From a virus: 64,000 nt of DNA. Numbering within the stretch: the stretch's first letter is position 1; each line of letters starts with the position of its first letter. The notes below the pieces were generated by a model. That model made no database searches. It had not been told where the DNA came from and was given only the letters and a program-made list of their open reading frames with translations. Both the position numbers and the translations under genes were made by a program. Location: IMG/VR virus record IMGVR_UViG_3300027509_000012. The stretch is one strand, 5' to 3'. Shown piece after piece: positions 1-8,788 of this stretch.

Positions 1-2
1 GC

Positions 3-1601
3 AGCACCAAAGGTCAAGTTTATTGGAATTCGGTATCAGACGCTATAATAGTCAATAAAAATGGTGGAGCAGAGTTAAAACTTAATACAAGCGATGCAAC
101 ATTTAATACTGTAGTTCGTGGTTCTACACCAGTGAATGGAGGTGATTTAACAACACGTAGTTGGGTATTATCTGAACTGACAGATAAACTTAACTTGACT
201 GGTGGCACACTCACTGGTGCATTAATTCTTAACGCAAATCCAACCACTAATCTTGGTGCAGCTACGAAACAATATGCAGATGATAATTTTGTTAATTTAA
301 CGACTAGTCAAACAATTGCAGGCAATAAAACATTTAAAAATGCGAGTGGCAATACAACTGCCAATATTGCAGCAGACGGTGGTTCATTTCCGATTCTTGA
401 TTTTTACATGGATGGAATTTTAAAAGCACGTAAAGCCACCACAGGAAGTTATTTTGTAAATCGCTGGTATCACACTGCTTCAGGTACAAACACAGAATTC
501 TTTTTAAGGAATGATTACCTTGATGTAAACAAAGAATTTAGAGGTATTTCTACTACTGCTGGTAGTAATAATCTTGCATTCACGACTAAAGACTGGGTTG
601 ATGGTGAACTAGACGATAAAGTTGATTTGTCTGGTGACACAATGACTGGTGATCTTGAGATTGATTCTGCTACTCCAACTCTTACTTTAGATTCAAATGC
701 AGGTAACGATTCAGTCTTGAACTTTAGAGAAAACGGCGCTATCAAATCACAAGTATATTTTGATGCATCTACTGACAACTTTATTGTTAAGAAATCTGGT
801 GGTTCAACTCTTACAATGGATGCAGTTGCAACTTTTAACACTGTTGCTAGAGCTTCAACTCCTATTAGTAATTCTGACCTTACTACTAAATTATACGTTG
901 ATGATGGGTTGGCCGATAAATTTGATAAAATTGGTGGGACGTTAAGCGATAATATAACTATCCAAAAATCGACTGGAAATGCTACATTAGTATTAGACAG
1001 TACCGCATCGACTGGCGCATCCACTATATTGTTTCGTCGTACTGGCACTCAAACAGGATTCATTCAATCTTCAACTTCTAGATTGTTACATCGGCGCGAG
1101 CATTCTTCTGGTGGAACGGATACCGATATTAGCATGTATAATTCTCGTGTAGATGTTAATAAAGAAATGCGTGGTGTCGCCACAACGTCTAGTTCTAATG
1201 CCTTAGCATTCACTACAAAAGGCTACGTTGACGGTGATCGAGATTTGAAAGCCAATAATGGTGATGAAACAAATCCAAGCATTGAATTCACTAATGGATC
1301 AGGATTGTATTCTTCTGCTTCTACGCAAATTGCTATGAAGATCAACGGAACAACAGCGTTTGCATTTGGGAATACTGGAGCAGATGTTTCATTAACCATC
1401 AATGGTGGTACAGGTACTGGTGGTCGATTGAGAATGGGTGAGAAAAGTTCAAACGGTACAAACTTCTTGGAATTTAGGCCAGCAGACGCTATGGCTGCTA
1501 GTCATTTTTATATTTTTCCGTCGTCGGTTGGCAATGTTGGTGATAGTTTGAAAATTGCATCTAAATCTGGAAATGAAATAACACTTGAGTGGAGTGCTTA
1601 A
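3..1601 (+). CDS. tail fibre-like virion protein, 5'-truncated by window edge
   Basis: Frame is open from position 3 (STKGQVYWNS...), upstream of the listed GTG at 132. G/T/S/N-rich, with repeated ATK-x-YVD / LAFTTKxxVDG modules and LxGGTLTG motifs typical of fibre proteins. Confidence 0.75.
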   Translation, partial: STKGQVYWNSVSDAIIVNKNGGAELKLNTSDATFNTVVRGSTPVNGGDLTTRSWVLSELTDKLNLTGGTLTGALILNANPTTNLGAATKQYADDNFVNLTTSQTIAGNKTFKNASGNTTANIAADGGSFPILDFYMDGILKARKATTGSYFVNRWYHTASGTNTEFFLRNDYLDVNKEFRGISTTAGSNNLAFTTKDWVDGELDDKVDLSGDTMTGDLEIDSATPTLTLDSNAGNDSVLNFRENGAIKSQVYFDASTDNFIVKKSGGSTLTMDAVATFNTVARASTPISNSDLTTKLYVDDGLADKFDKIGGTLSDNITIQKSTGNATLVLDSTASTGASTILFRRTGTQTGFIQSSTSRLLHRREHSSGGTDTDISMYNSRVDVNKEMRGVATTSSSNALAFTTKGYVDGDRDLKANNGDETNPSIEFTNGSGLYSSASTQIAMKINGTTAFAFGNTGADVSLTINGGTGTGGRLRMGEKSSNGTNFLEFRPADAMAASHFYIFPSSVGNVGDSLKIASKSGNEITLEWSA

Positions 1602-1671
1602 TAATTAATATCTGTAAATATACTATTAAAATAATAAATACAAATATAATAATTACTAAGGTAGAAATAAT

Positions 1672-2184
1672 ATGGATTGGATAGCATTCTTATCAGAAAA
1701 CTCTTGGATATTTGGTATTGTAGTGGCTGGTTCAATCGTTAACGTTCTAAAAAAATTAACGGAAGCCAGCAAAAGCAAGACAATAACAATTTCTAGATTA
1801 GAAGCCATATATGTGTTCATAGGAGCCATATTTAGTGGTGCTGTGTTCGCACTATTCGCAACTCATTGGGTTGATAGTCAACCTGTAATCGGCGCTCTAG
1901 CAGGCATGGGAGCATATCTTGGAGTTCGTGGTCTTGAGTCTGGATATGATTTAGCACTTGGTGCAATCAGAAAAATGACACAACAAGATGCTAAATCAAA
2001 ACAAGATAGACAAGATAAGCGTGAGCAACGTCAAGGACGATCTGATTCTGGAAGACGTTCTCGTAGAGATAGATCTGATAATGATGATTGGAAGCAAGAA
2101 GAATCTCCAGATGATCATTATAACCCCAATCAAGAAACAGATGAGTGGAAAGTAGAAGAAACTCCCACAGAAAATAAGGAGTAA
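1672..2184 (+). CDS. holin-like membrane protein with long charged C-terminal tail
   Basis: About 3 hydrophobic segments with GxxxG motifs (GALAGMGAYLG) in the first ~100 aa, then an R/D/E-rich tail; follows the fibre gene. Confidence 0.5.
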   Translation: MDWIAFLSENSWIFGIVVAGSIVNVLKKLTEASKSKTITISRLEAIYVFIGAIFSGAVFALFATHWVDSQPVIGALAGMGAYLGVRGLESGYDLALGAIRKMTQQDAKSKQDRQDKREQRQGRSDSGRRSRRDRSDNDDWKQEESPDDHYNPNQETDEWKVEETPTENKE

Positions 2185-2186
2185 CT

Positions 2187-2720
2187 ATGACACACACACA
2201 CGCTGAAGCTGCTAAAAAGGCAGGTTTTAACAAAAATATTTGGAAATCAATAATAATATTTGGTTTGATTATGTGGATTGCATCAATCGCTCAATATTGG
2301 TTGCCAGTGGTAATTTTACCACAGGAAGATATTATCGAGGTAACTGATGATTACGCACTATTGAGTATGTCATTTGTCAAAATTCTTAATTGTCAATATG
2401 TAGCTGGTAGCGAACGTGGCTATGCTCGAATTAAAAATGGAAGGTGGGAACCTATAACAGCATTTAAGTTTGAAGAACAAACTGATTTAGAATATACACA
2501 CCCACGATCTTTTTTGAAACGAGCAAATTCGGGTTGGTGGCGCTGGGATTGGAGTGAAAATAAATTTAACGAATCATATGATGAAGTTACTATGTTCGTT
2601 CAACACTCTTGTGATGGCGGCGTAGAATATGTAGATTTAGATACTAATAATCCAAAAATTAATATTACTGGTGATTTACGATGGACAGAAGTAGGTCCAT
2701 TTAAATTATCACAGGAGTAA
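2187..2720 (+). CDS. single-pass membrane protein, tandem paralogue 1 of 3
   Basis: THAxAAKKAGFNKNIWK + TM helix + 2 Cys + WRWDWSE + GDLxxxxxGPF, shared with the next two ORFs. Confidence 0.7.
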   Translation: MTHTHAEAAKKAGFNKNIWKSIIIFGLIMWIASIAQYWLPVVILPQEDIIEVTDDYALLSMSFVKILNCQYVAGSERGYARIKNGRWEPITAFKFEEQTDLEYTHPRSFLKRANSGWWRWDWSENKFNESYDEVTMFVQHSCDGGVEYVDLDTNNPKINITGDLRWTEVGPFKLSQE

Positions 2721-2723
2721 AAT

Positions 2724-3269
2724 ATGTCAGAGTCAAAATCAAATACAAATACACATGCAGATGCTGCAAATAACGCAGGATTTGGTAAAAACATATGGAA
2801 GTCAATAATAGCTGCTTTCTTTATCATGTGGATAGCAATAGCTGTTGTAAAAAAATTGCCTATTATTGTTTGGCAAAAGGCCGAAGTTGTTGAATTAACT
2901 GATACATCAGTTTCTCTTGCTGTGTCTGGAATTAAAATTCGAGATTGTGCTTATGTTCCAAGTAGTCCAATTGGATTCGTAAGAACTGAGTTTGGTATAC
3001 GAAAAATTACAGACTTTGGATATCCAGATATATCAGTTAATCGTTCAAGAGAAAGATCACCATTCAGAACAGACTTTGGTGTATGGCGTTGGGATTGGAG
3101 TGAAATACCAGAAATGAAAGATGAAACTGCATATGAAGTATTATTATTGTCGCAAAATGTATGTGGTACGGATGCCATCGTTGCCGAAGACAATGAACGT
3201 GGTGGTCATTCAATCACTGGTGATTTACGATTCTCTGTTATTGGTCCATTTAAAGTAAATCAGGAATAA
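2724..3269 (+). CDS. single-pass membrane protein, tandem paralogue 2 of 3
   Basis: Same motifs as 2187..2720. Confidence 0.7.
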   Translation: MSESKSNTNTHADAANNAGFGKNIWKSIIAAFFIMWIAIAVVKKLPIIVWQKAEVVELTDTSVSLAVSGIKIRDCAYVPSSPIGFVRTEFGIRKITDFGYPDISVNRSRERSPFRTDFGVWRWDWSEIPEMKDETAYEVLLLSQNVCGTDAIVAEDNERGGHSITGDLRFSVIGPFKVNQE

Positions 3270-3275
3270 TTAAAC

Positions 3276-3806
3276 ATGCCTAAGACCCATGCGACCGCAG
3301 CAAAAAAAGCTGGGTTTAATAAAAATATATGGAAAGCATTAATCGCAATGTTATTGATTATGTGGTTAGCTGTATATATGGTTAGTAAGTTTCCTGTTAT
3401 TATAAGTGTTAAAGTTAAAGTTGTCGAACAAACCGACACTTCAGTAACATACTCAGCATCAGGCATAAAAATACGAGATTGTGGTTTTGTTTTTAATAGT
3501 CCAGTCGGATACGTAAAAACAGACGACAGCCGATTATATCTTGCAAAATTTGATTTTGTACGAGTGCCAAAGGTTTCATCTGATCCACGATCATTCTTTA
3601 GAACAGATATGAAGTTCTGGCAATGGGATTGGAGTGAAACACCAGAACTACAAGGTAAGACAGTTACTGAAGTTCGAGTAGTCTCACAGCACGTATGTGG
3701 TGATTATTTAATTGAACGAGATGACGATGAAGTTGGAACTCAACATATTAAATCTGGTGATTTAATATTTTCGATATATGGTCCTTTTGATGTTCCAAAA
3801 AATTAA
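3276..3806 (+). CDS. single-pass membrane protein, tandem paralogue 3 of 3
   Basis: Same motifs (WQWDWSE, GDLIFSIYGPF). Confidence 0.7.
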   Translation: MPKTHATAAKKAGFNKNIWKALIAMLLIMWLAVYMVSKFPVIISVKVKVVEQTDTSVTYSASGIKIRDCGFVFNSPVGYVKTDDSRLYLAKFDFVRVPKVSSDPRSFFRTDMKFWQWDWSETPELQGKTVTEVRVVSQHVCGDYLIERDDDEVGTQHIKSGDLIFSIYGPFDVPKN

Positions 3807-3810
3807 TTCT

Positions 3811-3818
3811 TATAAATA
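3811..3818 (+). promoter_or_regulatory. T4-like late promoter TATAAATA
   Basis: Exact T4 late consensus in an intergenic gap ~33 nt before ATG 3851. Confidence 0.55.
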
Positions 3819-3850
3819 ATATAATAAACCATAGTTTTAGGATAAGAGGT

Positions 3851-4135
3851 ATGAAACTTAACGATTTAATTGAACAAACAAATTCAGCAGCATTTTCTAA
3901 CAATGCACCAGATGGACTGCCAGATCATCTAAAGGCTAAATGGAAGTCTTGGGATTTAAAAACCCGCAACCGAATATTGACAAATATTGTAATTGGTTCT
4001 GCTGAAAAAGCAGCAAAGAAAAATAAAGAAATGACAGCAAAAACTGCTGCATTTATAACCAGAGCCAAAGCGCGTGAAAATCCACCTAAGAAACTACAGC
4101 CTAGAGAGCGAACATTTAGAGATAATATAGATTAA
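3851..4135 (+). CDS. hypothetical basic protein with MKLNDLIE leader (putative internal head protein)
   Basis: AAGAGG RBS, late promoter upstream, leader shared with other small ORFs. Confidence 0.55.
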   Translation: MKLNDLIEQTNSAAFSNNAPDGLPDHLKAKWKSWDLKTRNRILTNIVIGSAEKAAKKNKEMTAKTAAFITRAKARENPPKKLQPRERTFRDNID

Positions 4136-4200
4136 TATAGTGTTAATTAATCATTACACACATAAATACTTAACATTTAATAAATTTTAAGGAAAATAAC

Positions 4201-4386
4201 ATGAGTATTAATATTATAAGCGGCCCATTTAAGGGTAAAGAAGCAGTAATCGTCGCTGAAACAAAATCAAATGCACCAAGACTCTGTGGTGGACCAGCAA
4301 ATAAACATAGTTTTTCTGTTTTAGTAAGGGGTATGCTATATCCAATCGAATTTAACGTAAGTGAATTAGCTAAGATAGAAAAATAA
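4201..4386 (+). CDS. small KOW-motif protein
   Basis: IISGPFKGKEAVI matches the KOW motif of NusG/L24; AAGGA RBS. Confidence 0.5.
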   Translation: MSINIISGPFKGKEAVIVAETKSNAPRLCGGPANKHSFSVLVRGMLYPIEFNVSELAKIEK

Positions 4387-4457
4387 GCAATGTATAATCG
4401 ATGGTTTTTAAGAAATTAATTGCCATCGACTCCCTCCCAAAAAAATTCAAATTTAAT

Positions 4458-4486
4458 TTGACATAGTACCCAAAGTTGTCTATCAT
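4458..4486 (+). promoter_or_regulatory. sigma70-type promoter
   Basis: TTGACA (4458-4463) -17 nt- TATCAT (4481-4486) upstream of the SSB gene. Confidence 0.65.
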
Positions 4487-4548
4487 CTGTTTTGAGATGT
4501 GAAACACAACTCAAATAGATTATAACTAGACATTTTGGAGACAATTAG

Positions 4549-5538
4549 ATGGCACGAAAACAATTAGATATGGATGCACTAAAAAATGCATTCTCAGACG
4601 ATAAAGGTAACGGTACTGGTGGTGGCGGCGGGGCTGGTAAGTATTATAACTTCTTTAATATGGGCTTTGATGAAAGCTGTACAGTTCGCTTTCTTCCCGA
4701 CTTAAACGAAGATAATAACAAATTCTTTTTAGTCGAAAAGAAATCTCATAGACTTTACATTAATGGAAAAAATGAAAACATACCTTGCTTAACAATGTAT
4801 GGCAAAGATTGCCCTATATGTGATGTTTCAAGAGGATTCTATGACGAAGATAATAAGGACGAAGGTAAAAAGTACTACCGCAAAGTCCAACATATTGGTC
4901 AAGTTCTTATCCGCAAAGATCCTATGGAAGATGAAGATGGTGAAAGCTTAACTGGTCAAGTTAAAGCAATCAGTATCAACTGGCAAGTATATAAAATCAT
5001 TCGTCAAGCATTCGCTGATGGTGAATTAGATGCTCATCCATATGACTTCGAAGAAGGAACCGATTTTATTATTAAAAAAAGTAAAAACGGAGAATGGGCT
5101 GACTATACGCTAGGAACAAAATTCGCTCGAAGGGATTCAGCACTTACTGACGAAGAAATGGAAGTCGTAGGTGAAGCGATGGTAGATCTTTCTGAATACC
5201 TACCAGATGAACCAAAATTAGAAATTGTAGAAGCTAAATTAGCTGCATCGCTAAATGGCACCAGCTACAATGACTCTAAAGATGATTCTGATGACGATGA
5301 TACTAAGGCTGAAGATAAAAAAGCAGCTAAAGCAAAGCCTAAGAAAAAGGCTAAGAAGGTCGTTGAAGATGAAGAAGAAACTGAGGAAGAAGAAACTGCT
5401 GCTGAAGTTTCTGCTAAATCAGAAGAATCTGATGATACTGACGATGACAATGATGACAATGATGACGATGATGGAGATGACAATCCAGTATTGCGAAAGA
5501 TTCGTGAGCGTCGAGCTGCACAGAAAAAGGCTTCTTAA
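4549..5538 (+). CDS. gp32-like single-stranded DNA-binding protein
   Basis: TVRFLP, Zn ligands (H..CL..YGKDCPICD), EGTDFIIKK..G.WADY, long D/E-rich tail; precedes UvsX. Confidence 0.85.
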   Translation: MARKQLDMDALKNAFSDDKGNGTGGGGGAGKYYNFFNMGFDESCTVRFLPDLNEDNNKFFLVEKKSHRLYINGKNENIPCLTMYGKDCPICDVSRGFYDEDNKDEGKKYYRKVQHIGQVLIRKDPMEDEDGESLTGQVKAISINWQVYKIIRQAFADGELDAHPYDFEEGTDFIIKKSKNGEWADYTLGTKFARRDSALTDEEMEVVGEAMVDLSEYLPDEPKLEIVEAKLAASLNGTSYNDSKDDSDDDDTKAEDKKAAKAKPKKKAKKVVEDEEETEEEETAAEVSAKSEESDDTDDDNDDNDDDDGDDNPVLRKIRERRAAQKKAS

Positions 5539-5540
5539 TT

Positions 5541-6629
5541 ATGAGCTTTCTTTCTAAGCAAAAAAAGAATCTGGATAAGAAAGATATTACTAATGGAAAA
5601 TCCAGCCCACCAGCTTATTGGGTTTCCACTGGTAATTATGCTCAGAATAAAGTTATTTCTGGCTCTTTCTTAAATGGCATCCCACAGGCGCGTGTTACGT
5701 GTTTCTGTGGGCCTGCTGGTTCAGGCAAATCGTTCAACGTAGTTAATCTAATGCGCGAGACTCAATTAGCAGGCGGTATAGTAATCGCTGTTGATACAGA
5801 GAATGCATTGGATGATGGCTTCGTTGAAAAGCTGGGTGTTGATACAGATGAAGAAAATTATCTTCCAATATCAGTTAATACCATTGGCGAATGTAAAAAG
5901 GCCGTTTCGTCTATAGTCACTGACTATAAAAACGAATACAGTCCAGCCGATGGACCAGATGCACCAAAGATTTCCATTTTTATTGACAGCTTGAGTATGC
6001 TTATGACAGATACTGAGCAAGAACAATTTAAGAAGGGAGAAAATAAAGGTGATCAAGGTCAACGCAACAAACAGTTGAAAGCAATGCTATCATCTTTCAC
6101 TAACAATATAAAAAATACCAATATAACAATGGTTGTTACATCCCATGTTTATAAAAATCAAGATCTACTCAATGGTGAAGGTTTATATATTGTTCCTGAT
6201 GCAATTAAATATGCTTGTTCGCAAATTGTATTAGTATCCAAGTTAACACTAAAGAATAAAGAAACCAAAGAAATTACTGGTATTCGGATGAAGTGTTATG
6301 GATATAAGACTAGATTTACTAGACCATTTCAATCAGTAACGATTGAAGTACCATACGAAGCAGGTATGGATCCGTATAATGGTTTATTGGATATCGCAGA
6401 AGATATCGGTGTAGTTAAAAAAGTCAGTGCGTGGTATACATTAGAATCTAGTGGCGAAAAATTTCAACGAAAAAACTTTCACACTGTTCAAGAAGAAGTA
6501 TTAAAACAGTGTGAAGAAAAATCTGGCATTAGTCTAGAAGCTATTATTGGTGAAGATGAAGAAGAAGAAGTTGTAGAAAATAAATTTTCTTCTAAGAAAC
6601 TTCGACAAGACAAAGCTGTAGGCGAATAA
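5541..6629 (+). CDS. uvsX: RecA/UvsX-like recombinase
   Basis: VSTGNY, Walker A GPAGSGKS, DTENALD, IFIDSL, DQGQR..K, KTRF..PF. Confidence 0.92.
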   Translation: MSFLSKQKKNLDKKDITNGKSSPPAYWVSTGNYAQNKVISGSFLNGIPQARVTCFCGPAGSGKSFNVVNLMRETQLAGGIVIAVDTENALDDGFVEKLGVDTDEENYLPISVNTIGECKKAVSSIVTDYKNEYSPADGPDAPKISIFIDSLSMLMTDTEQEQFKKGENKGDQGQRNKQLKAMLSSFTNNIKNTNITMVVTSHVYKNQDLLNGEGLYIVPDAIKYACSQIVLVSKLTLKNKETKEITGIRMKCYGYKTRFTRPFQSVTIEVPYEAGMDPYNGLLDIAEDIGVVKKVSAWYTLESSGEKFQRKNFHTVQEEVLKQCEEKSGISLEAIIGEDEEEEVVENKFSSKKLRQDKAVGE

Positions 6630-6640
6630 ACGATAAGATG

Positions 6641-6664
6641 TTAGCCCACTTAATTGTGGGCTAA
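6641..6664. terminator. likely bidirectional intrinsic terminator between convergent uvsX and topoisomerase
   Basis: Perfect 9-bp stem TTAGCCCAC-ttaatt-GTGGGCTAA between convergent stops. Confidence 0.7.
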
Positions 6665-6671
6665 TTAATGA

Positions 6672-8543
6672 TTAGTTACGTAACCATTCCTTTCTTAAAT
6701 CTGGATCTGGACCAAATAATAATTCTAACGATTCTGAGAAATCACCTTCGTTGATTATTGGAATAAATGTATCAGTCTCTCCTGACAGGATCATATCCCA
6801 ATCAGTCTTACTCATACCACCAAGACCTTTCATATATTCAACATCCCAACCAGAGTATTTTTTCTTTTGCTTTTCAAACTCACTTAGATTTGGAATATGA
6901 ATCCGCTTCTTTCCTTTTGATACAACCACATTAGGAGCAATCATTCTATAAAAGAATGGTGGATATTTTGGATCGAACAACTCAGGCCAAAACTGAAAGA
7001 ATAAATTAACTAATAAAGTGGTTATATGATCACCATCCAAGTCAGCATCCGTTGCAAAACATACTTGACCATATCTTAATTCAGATCGCATCGCTCTCTT
7101 ACCCGGCACAAGTCCGATTATAGATATAAGATCAGATACCTTACCCATCTTCAAAAGCTCCGCTACAGAGATACCATAGACGTTGTTAATCTTACCTTTT
7201 AGTGGATATGCAGCATCCGTAGGAGGATTTCTCGATTGTACAATATTAGCTTTAGCTGAGTTACCTTCTGTTACTAGCAATCGACAAGTATCGCGCTTCT
7301 TAGAGTTAGCTTCCATGAAACCATCAATAGGACCAAGCTTCTTTTTACTACCAGCCACAGCCTTTTTGGTTGCATCTGCATTACTTCGTTTAATTGCCTG
7401 ATCAACAACGCTAGTTAACCAGTCTTTATATTTTCTAACAAACGCTTTCCATCCAGCTTCAACAATATCATCAAAGTCTTTTCGTAGTGATGGTCCAGTC
7501 ATTTTTGTTTTTGCCTGTGAATCATATTGAGGATCACTGACTTTTAAATTACCTAACAATAACAATCCAGATCTAACATCGTTTCTATTAATTGTTACTT
7601 TCTTTCTTTTAGCTTCACGTTCAAGGTGACTCATTACTTTATCGAAAAAAGCATTGGTAAACTGAGTATTACAAGAACCACCATCGTATAGCATAGAGCT
7701 ATTAACCCAAGAAAATATTTGTTCTTCAGGTCTATTGTGAGTATCGAATACAACAAAGAATTCTAATTCATCATTACCAAATCTATAATAATCACCAAAG
7801 TGTTGATTTAATAGTTGATCAAATCCACGCTTATAATTGTATTTGGTTCCATTGTAATCGACAGTAAGGCCGGGGTTTGTAGCAGCCATTTCGATAGCAC
7901 GATTTCTAATTATTCGTTCTGGTAAAATAACACTAGAAAAAATATCATCCTTTAATTTAAATTCAACTAACGTACCAGTATTTTTAGTTGTCTTTCTAGT
8001 GACTTTAGGTTTGCCGATCTTTCGAGTAGCATCTGTAAATACTTGTTCATATCGTTTATTATCACGATGTATCACTACTTTAAATTCTTCAGAGCATATC
8101 GCCGATAAAGATACACCCATACCATTAGTTCCAATTACACCAGCTTCTTTATCATCTTTAAAGTTTCGCCCAGAGCGTAGTGTGGTGAAAACAACTTGTG
8201 GTGTGGGAACTCCAGTCTTGTGTTTACCAATTGGAACACCACGTCCATTATCTTCTACAGAGAATGTTGCATTAGCAACATCTGAATTAATTTTAATTAG
8301 TGGCTTGCGAGGTTTTGATTGAATCAATTCATCATTGGAGTTATCAACTACCTCAGAAAATAGTTTACTCACCGCTGGCACAAATGTTATTTCTTCAATG
8401 GAGAAATCTTCTCCAAAAATAGGAACCTGATAATTTGTCTCTCTCGTATTACCAAGATATACAGAGCTTCTTTTGTGTACATGTTCGATTTCACTGAGTA
8501 CTTGGATATCAGCTTCGCTATAGGCAGTGTTCTTCTTTGTCAT
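6672..8543 (-). CDS. type II DNA topoisomerase ATPase/Toprim subunit (T4 gp39+gp60 fused, GyrB/ParE-like)
   Basis: EVVDNSNDE, VEDNGRGVP, GTNGMGV (GHKL); TEGNSA, PLKGK, DADLDG (Toprim); YMKGLG. Confidence 0.93.
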   Translation of the reverse strand: MTKKNTAYSEADIQVLSEIEHVHKRSSVYLGNTRETNYQVPIFGEDFSIEEITFVPAVSKLFSEVVDNSNDELIQSKPRKPLIKINSDVANATFSVEDNGRGVPIGKHKTGVPTPQVVFTTLRSGRNFKDDKEAGVIGTNGMGVSLSAICSEEFKVVIHRDNKRYEQVFTDATRKIGKPKVTRKTTKNTGTLVEFKLKDDIFSSVILPERIIRNRAIEMAATNPGLTVDYNGTKYNYKRGFDQLLNQHFGDYYRFGNDELEFFVVFDTHNRPEEQIFSWVNSSMLYDGGSCNTQFTNAFFDKVMSHLEREAKRKKVTINRNDVRSGLLLLGNLKVSDPQYDSQAKTKMTGPSLRKDFDDIVEAGWKAFVRKYKDWLTSVVDQAIKRSNADATKKAVAGSKKKLGPIDGFMEANSKKRDTCRLLVTEGNSAKANIVQSRNPPTDAAYPLKGKINNVYGISVAELLKMGKVSDLISIIGLVPGKRAMRSELRYGQVCFATDADLDGDHITTLLVNLFFQFWPELFDPKYPPFFYRMIAPNVVVSKGKKRIHIPNLSEFEKQKKKYSGWDVEYMKGLGGMSKTDWDMILSGETDTFIPIINEGDFSESLELLFGPDPDLRKEWLRN

Positions 8544-8788
8544 GGTTTTATTTATTTTGATTTGTTTGTGTGGTCATTATACCATGAATAATTAATGTTA
8601 TTTAATTTGATTATGATACAATGCACTGGTGAAAGAGAAATCAGACCATCATATATCATACGTTGCGATGCAGTAATATTGAAGTTATGAACGGTGTCAC
8701 ACAACAAAATTAATAGTAAACTCACTATAATTAATTTTGTAGTAAACTAACAGTATTGAAAAATGATAACAATGGGAATTTATCAAAA

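Noticed and set aside
515-1048. Long minus-strand ORFs opposite fibre genes (also 26304-26843, 11143-11571)
   Set aside because: Antisense ORFs expected from the stop-poor codon bias of T/S/G-rich genes.
5410-5480. GATGAC(AAT) repeats
   Set aside because: They simply encode the acidic SSB tail.
5255-5557. Alternative-frame and antisense ORFs over acidic tails (also 28764-29008, 38009-38368, 20496-20783)
   Set aside because: By-products of GAT/GAA low-complexity codons in real genes.
6672-8543. T4 gene 60-style translational bypass
   Set aside because: The ATPase and Toprim domains are in one continuous ORF.
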